Shown piece after piece: positions 61,836 through 64,000 of a DNA stretch of 64,000 nucleotides. The stretch lies in assembly GCF_964188315.1 (NCBI RefSeq), contig NC_135657.1, positions 76,570,001 through 76,634,000 of the forward strand. The letters are read 5' to 3'. Under the pieces are notes generated by a model. It searched no databases and had not been told where the DNA came from. It was given only the letters and a program-made list of their open reading frames with translations. This DNA comes from Podarcis muralis (Eukaryota). A program made the translations under genes and the position numbers. Each line of letters begins with the position of its first letter. Position 1 is the first letter of the stretch.

Positions 61836-62933
61836 TGTCTGGAACTAACATGCCTTAATTACTGACTTCGCTGGAACTCAGGTGCACAGCTTTGTTTAGC
61901 TTCCTAATATTATCCTTGTGTCCATAATCACTTCCCCATACCTTGAAGCCAACATGAGCCAACAGTGCGACGCGGCAGCTAAAAAAAGCCAATGCAATTC
62001 TGGGCCTCATCAATAGGAGTATAGCATCTAGATCAAGGGAAGTAATAGTGCCACTGTATTCTGTTCTGGTCAGACCTCACCTGGAGTACTGTGTCCAGTT
62101 CTGGGCACCACAGTTCAAGAAGGACAGTGACAAACTGGAACGTGTCCAGAGGAGGGCAACCAAAATGGTCAAAGGCCTGGAAACGATGCCTTATGAGGAA
62201 CGGCTAAGGGAGCTGGGCATGTTTAGCCTGGAGAAGAGGAGGTTAAGGGGTGATATGATAGCCATGTTCAAATATATAAAAGGATGTCACATAGAGGAGG
62301 GAGAAAGGTTGTTTTCTGCTGCTCCAGAGAAGCGGACACGGAGCAATGGATCCAAACTACAAGAAAGAAGATTCCACCTAAACATTAGGAAGAACTTCCT
62401 GACAGTAAGAGCTGTTCGACAGTGGAATTTGCTGCCAAGGAGTGTGGTGGAGTCTCCTTCTTTGGAGGTCTTTAAGCAGAGGCTTGACAACCATATGTCA
62501 GGAGTGCTCTGATGGTGTTTCCTGCTTGGCAGGGGGTTGGACTCGATGGCCCTTGTGGTCTCTTCCAACTCTATGATTCTATGAAGCAAGTTGAGCTGAA
62601 GCTTGAAGCTATCAATGGGAGTTGTATAGGGAGCAGTTATCCCAGCAAAGGCCCAGGAAAGACCTTGATGTCTTCTCGGACAGTTCCTGCTCCTTCTTGG
62701 TCATCTGCTATGACATGCACACCAAGCCCTTCCCTGGTTTCGTCCTCCTCCTGGGTATAGTCCTGATAGTGAAGCCTTCTGGCAGCCAGATGAGCACTCC
62801 TCTGCTAACTCTGGACTTCTTGCTTGGCCCAACGCTGACTCAGCTTATTGGTGGGGTGGGGGTGGAAGTAGTGGAGAAGACTCTGGGATCTGGACAGGAA
62901 TCTACACATTGTGCGAAGGGACATAGTCAGACA
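61836..62933 (-). mobile_element. Solo LTR 3 (~460 bp once the nested CR1 is removed)
   Basis: Perfect 6-bp inverted ends TGTCTG...CAGACA; flanks AAGG / TAGG (possible decayed 4-bp TSD); GC-rich arm like LTRs 1 and 2. Confidence 0.6.
61950..62581 (+). mobile_element. Young CR1 LINE 3' fragment with open ORF2 C-terminus (to 62512)
   Basis: [20 protein letters not shown]...[12 protein letters not shown]...[23 protein letters not shown]...[14 protein letters not shown] is the canonical CR1 ORF2 end; tail TTCCAACTCTATGATTCTATG; possible 6-bp TSD TGAAGC at 61944 and 62582. Confidence 0.98.
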
Positions 62934-64000
62934 TAGGTCAGGAGTTCCTGGGAATGTGTAATGGGGGATGCTGTACAGTCACAGTAGATTTTTGGGAGCC
63001 CCCAAGATCTCTGTGGGGTCCCACACCTTCCCCTCAGGTGAGATCCCTCCAGGACCGGAGTCATGGTAGGTTGACCACTTTTTATGATGTGAGATGTCCT
63101 GCCACAATATAAACCTTTGTGCTGAGAATCCCATGCTACAGAGATATTTTTTTATTTTATTTTTAAAAAAGTTTGAAGGGAAAAGAAGCCCAGTTGCATA
63201 CTTTATACATCTAGTAAGGTATATGTAACTCCCTGCTCTTCCCTTGATTTTTAAATTTTATTTCTTTCACTTCCCATGAAAGAGCCTTCAACAGCTTCAA
63301 CAACAAACCAATGCATGTTTTACTGACAACAAATACTTCTGTGAAAACAGGGGATGGGTATGGCTAGAAACCCTGTTTCCAGTGGTTTCAGGAGCAGAGA
63401 GAGACACAGACACTGAACAGCTCAGACAGGAGTTACCTAGTTACAAGGTAATGGAAAGAGAAACAGAAGGGAAGGAACAGCCAGCAGAGACATCATTATA
63501 GAGTGTGGGAGACCTTTCCTCCCCCAAAATATGGAGGTCCGTCCATATTAGAGAACAAAAATGCAGAGAGCAGAAGGGACTTCTCATTCGTGCCCAGGAT
63601 GTTGCTGGAGACAGAAGGTGGAGGAGTTAGAGTAGTCAATCCATGATGTGGATTTTTGCTTGCAACCCAATGACCGAATAAAAAAAGACTCTAAAATATA
63701 AACTGCTCATTAATTCTTGTCTGTGAGGTTACCAAAGGGAGGGGAGGACTCTCCATGCCTGACACCCTGATACTTAGGTGGAAACATCCCTGAAAAACCA
63801 TTTATTTTCAGTTTTATCCTATCAATTACATGTTTAAAAAGTCCTTCTCAGCTGCATGATGATGAAAATCCAAATCCAGCAATAATAATATTCTGTGGTT
63901 TAAATTACAGAAAAGTCTGTAATAGTGCCCCAAATCTGCCACCCAAAGCCAGTTTGCCCTTAGTATCTGCCAATTTCAAAGGAACTCCTTATGGCACCCA

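Noticed and set aside
62048-62512. Host gene CDS (154 aa)
   Set aside because: It is the C-terminus of a 5'-truncated CR1 ORF2 with no promoter or RT core.
1-64000. Prokaryotic systems (operons, CRISPR arrays, defence islands)
   Set aside because: No gene-dense regions, no regularly spaced repeat-spacer array, and abundant vertebrate SINEs, LINEs and microsatellites.

Overview
This is vertebrate genomic DNA, not microbial. The repeat content (Sauria/Squam1 SINEs, BovB and RTE LINEs, Squam2/Squam3-type SINEs, CR1 and L2 remnants, hAT and Tigger-like MITEs) points to a squamate, most plausibly a lacertid lizard; that is inferred from recognised repeat families, not from a database search. The window looks intronic or intergenic. 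I could not recognise any host protein-coding gene, rRNA, true tRNA or CRISPR array. The only ORFs with recognisable products are 3' fragments of LINE ORF2 (L2, RTE, BovB, CR1). There is a 139-N assembly gap at 14642-14780. The best lead is three dissimilar TG...CA solo LTRs (21760-22442, 25940-26496, 61836-62933). Each carries a Pro-rich reading frame in its 5' half ending in an RRSxRL-type basic motif resembling the HMGN nucleosome-binding core RRSARLSA. Other leads: a TGTGAAG motif cluster around a 19-bp hairpin, an element with short inverted ends sitting inside a (GT)n tract, an RTE insertion with a 37-42 bp target duplication, a BovB insertion with a templated 5' junction, a CpG-retaining CTCF-like site, and a few weak candidate exons. 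Repeat family names come from my recall of consensus sequences and need RepeatMasker/Dfam confirmation.
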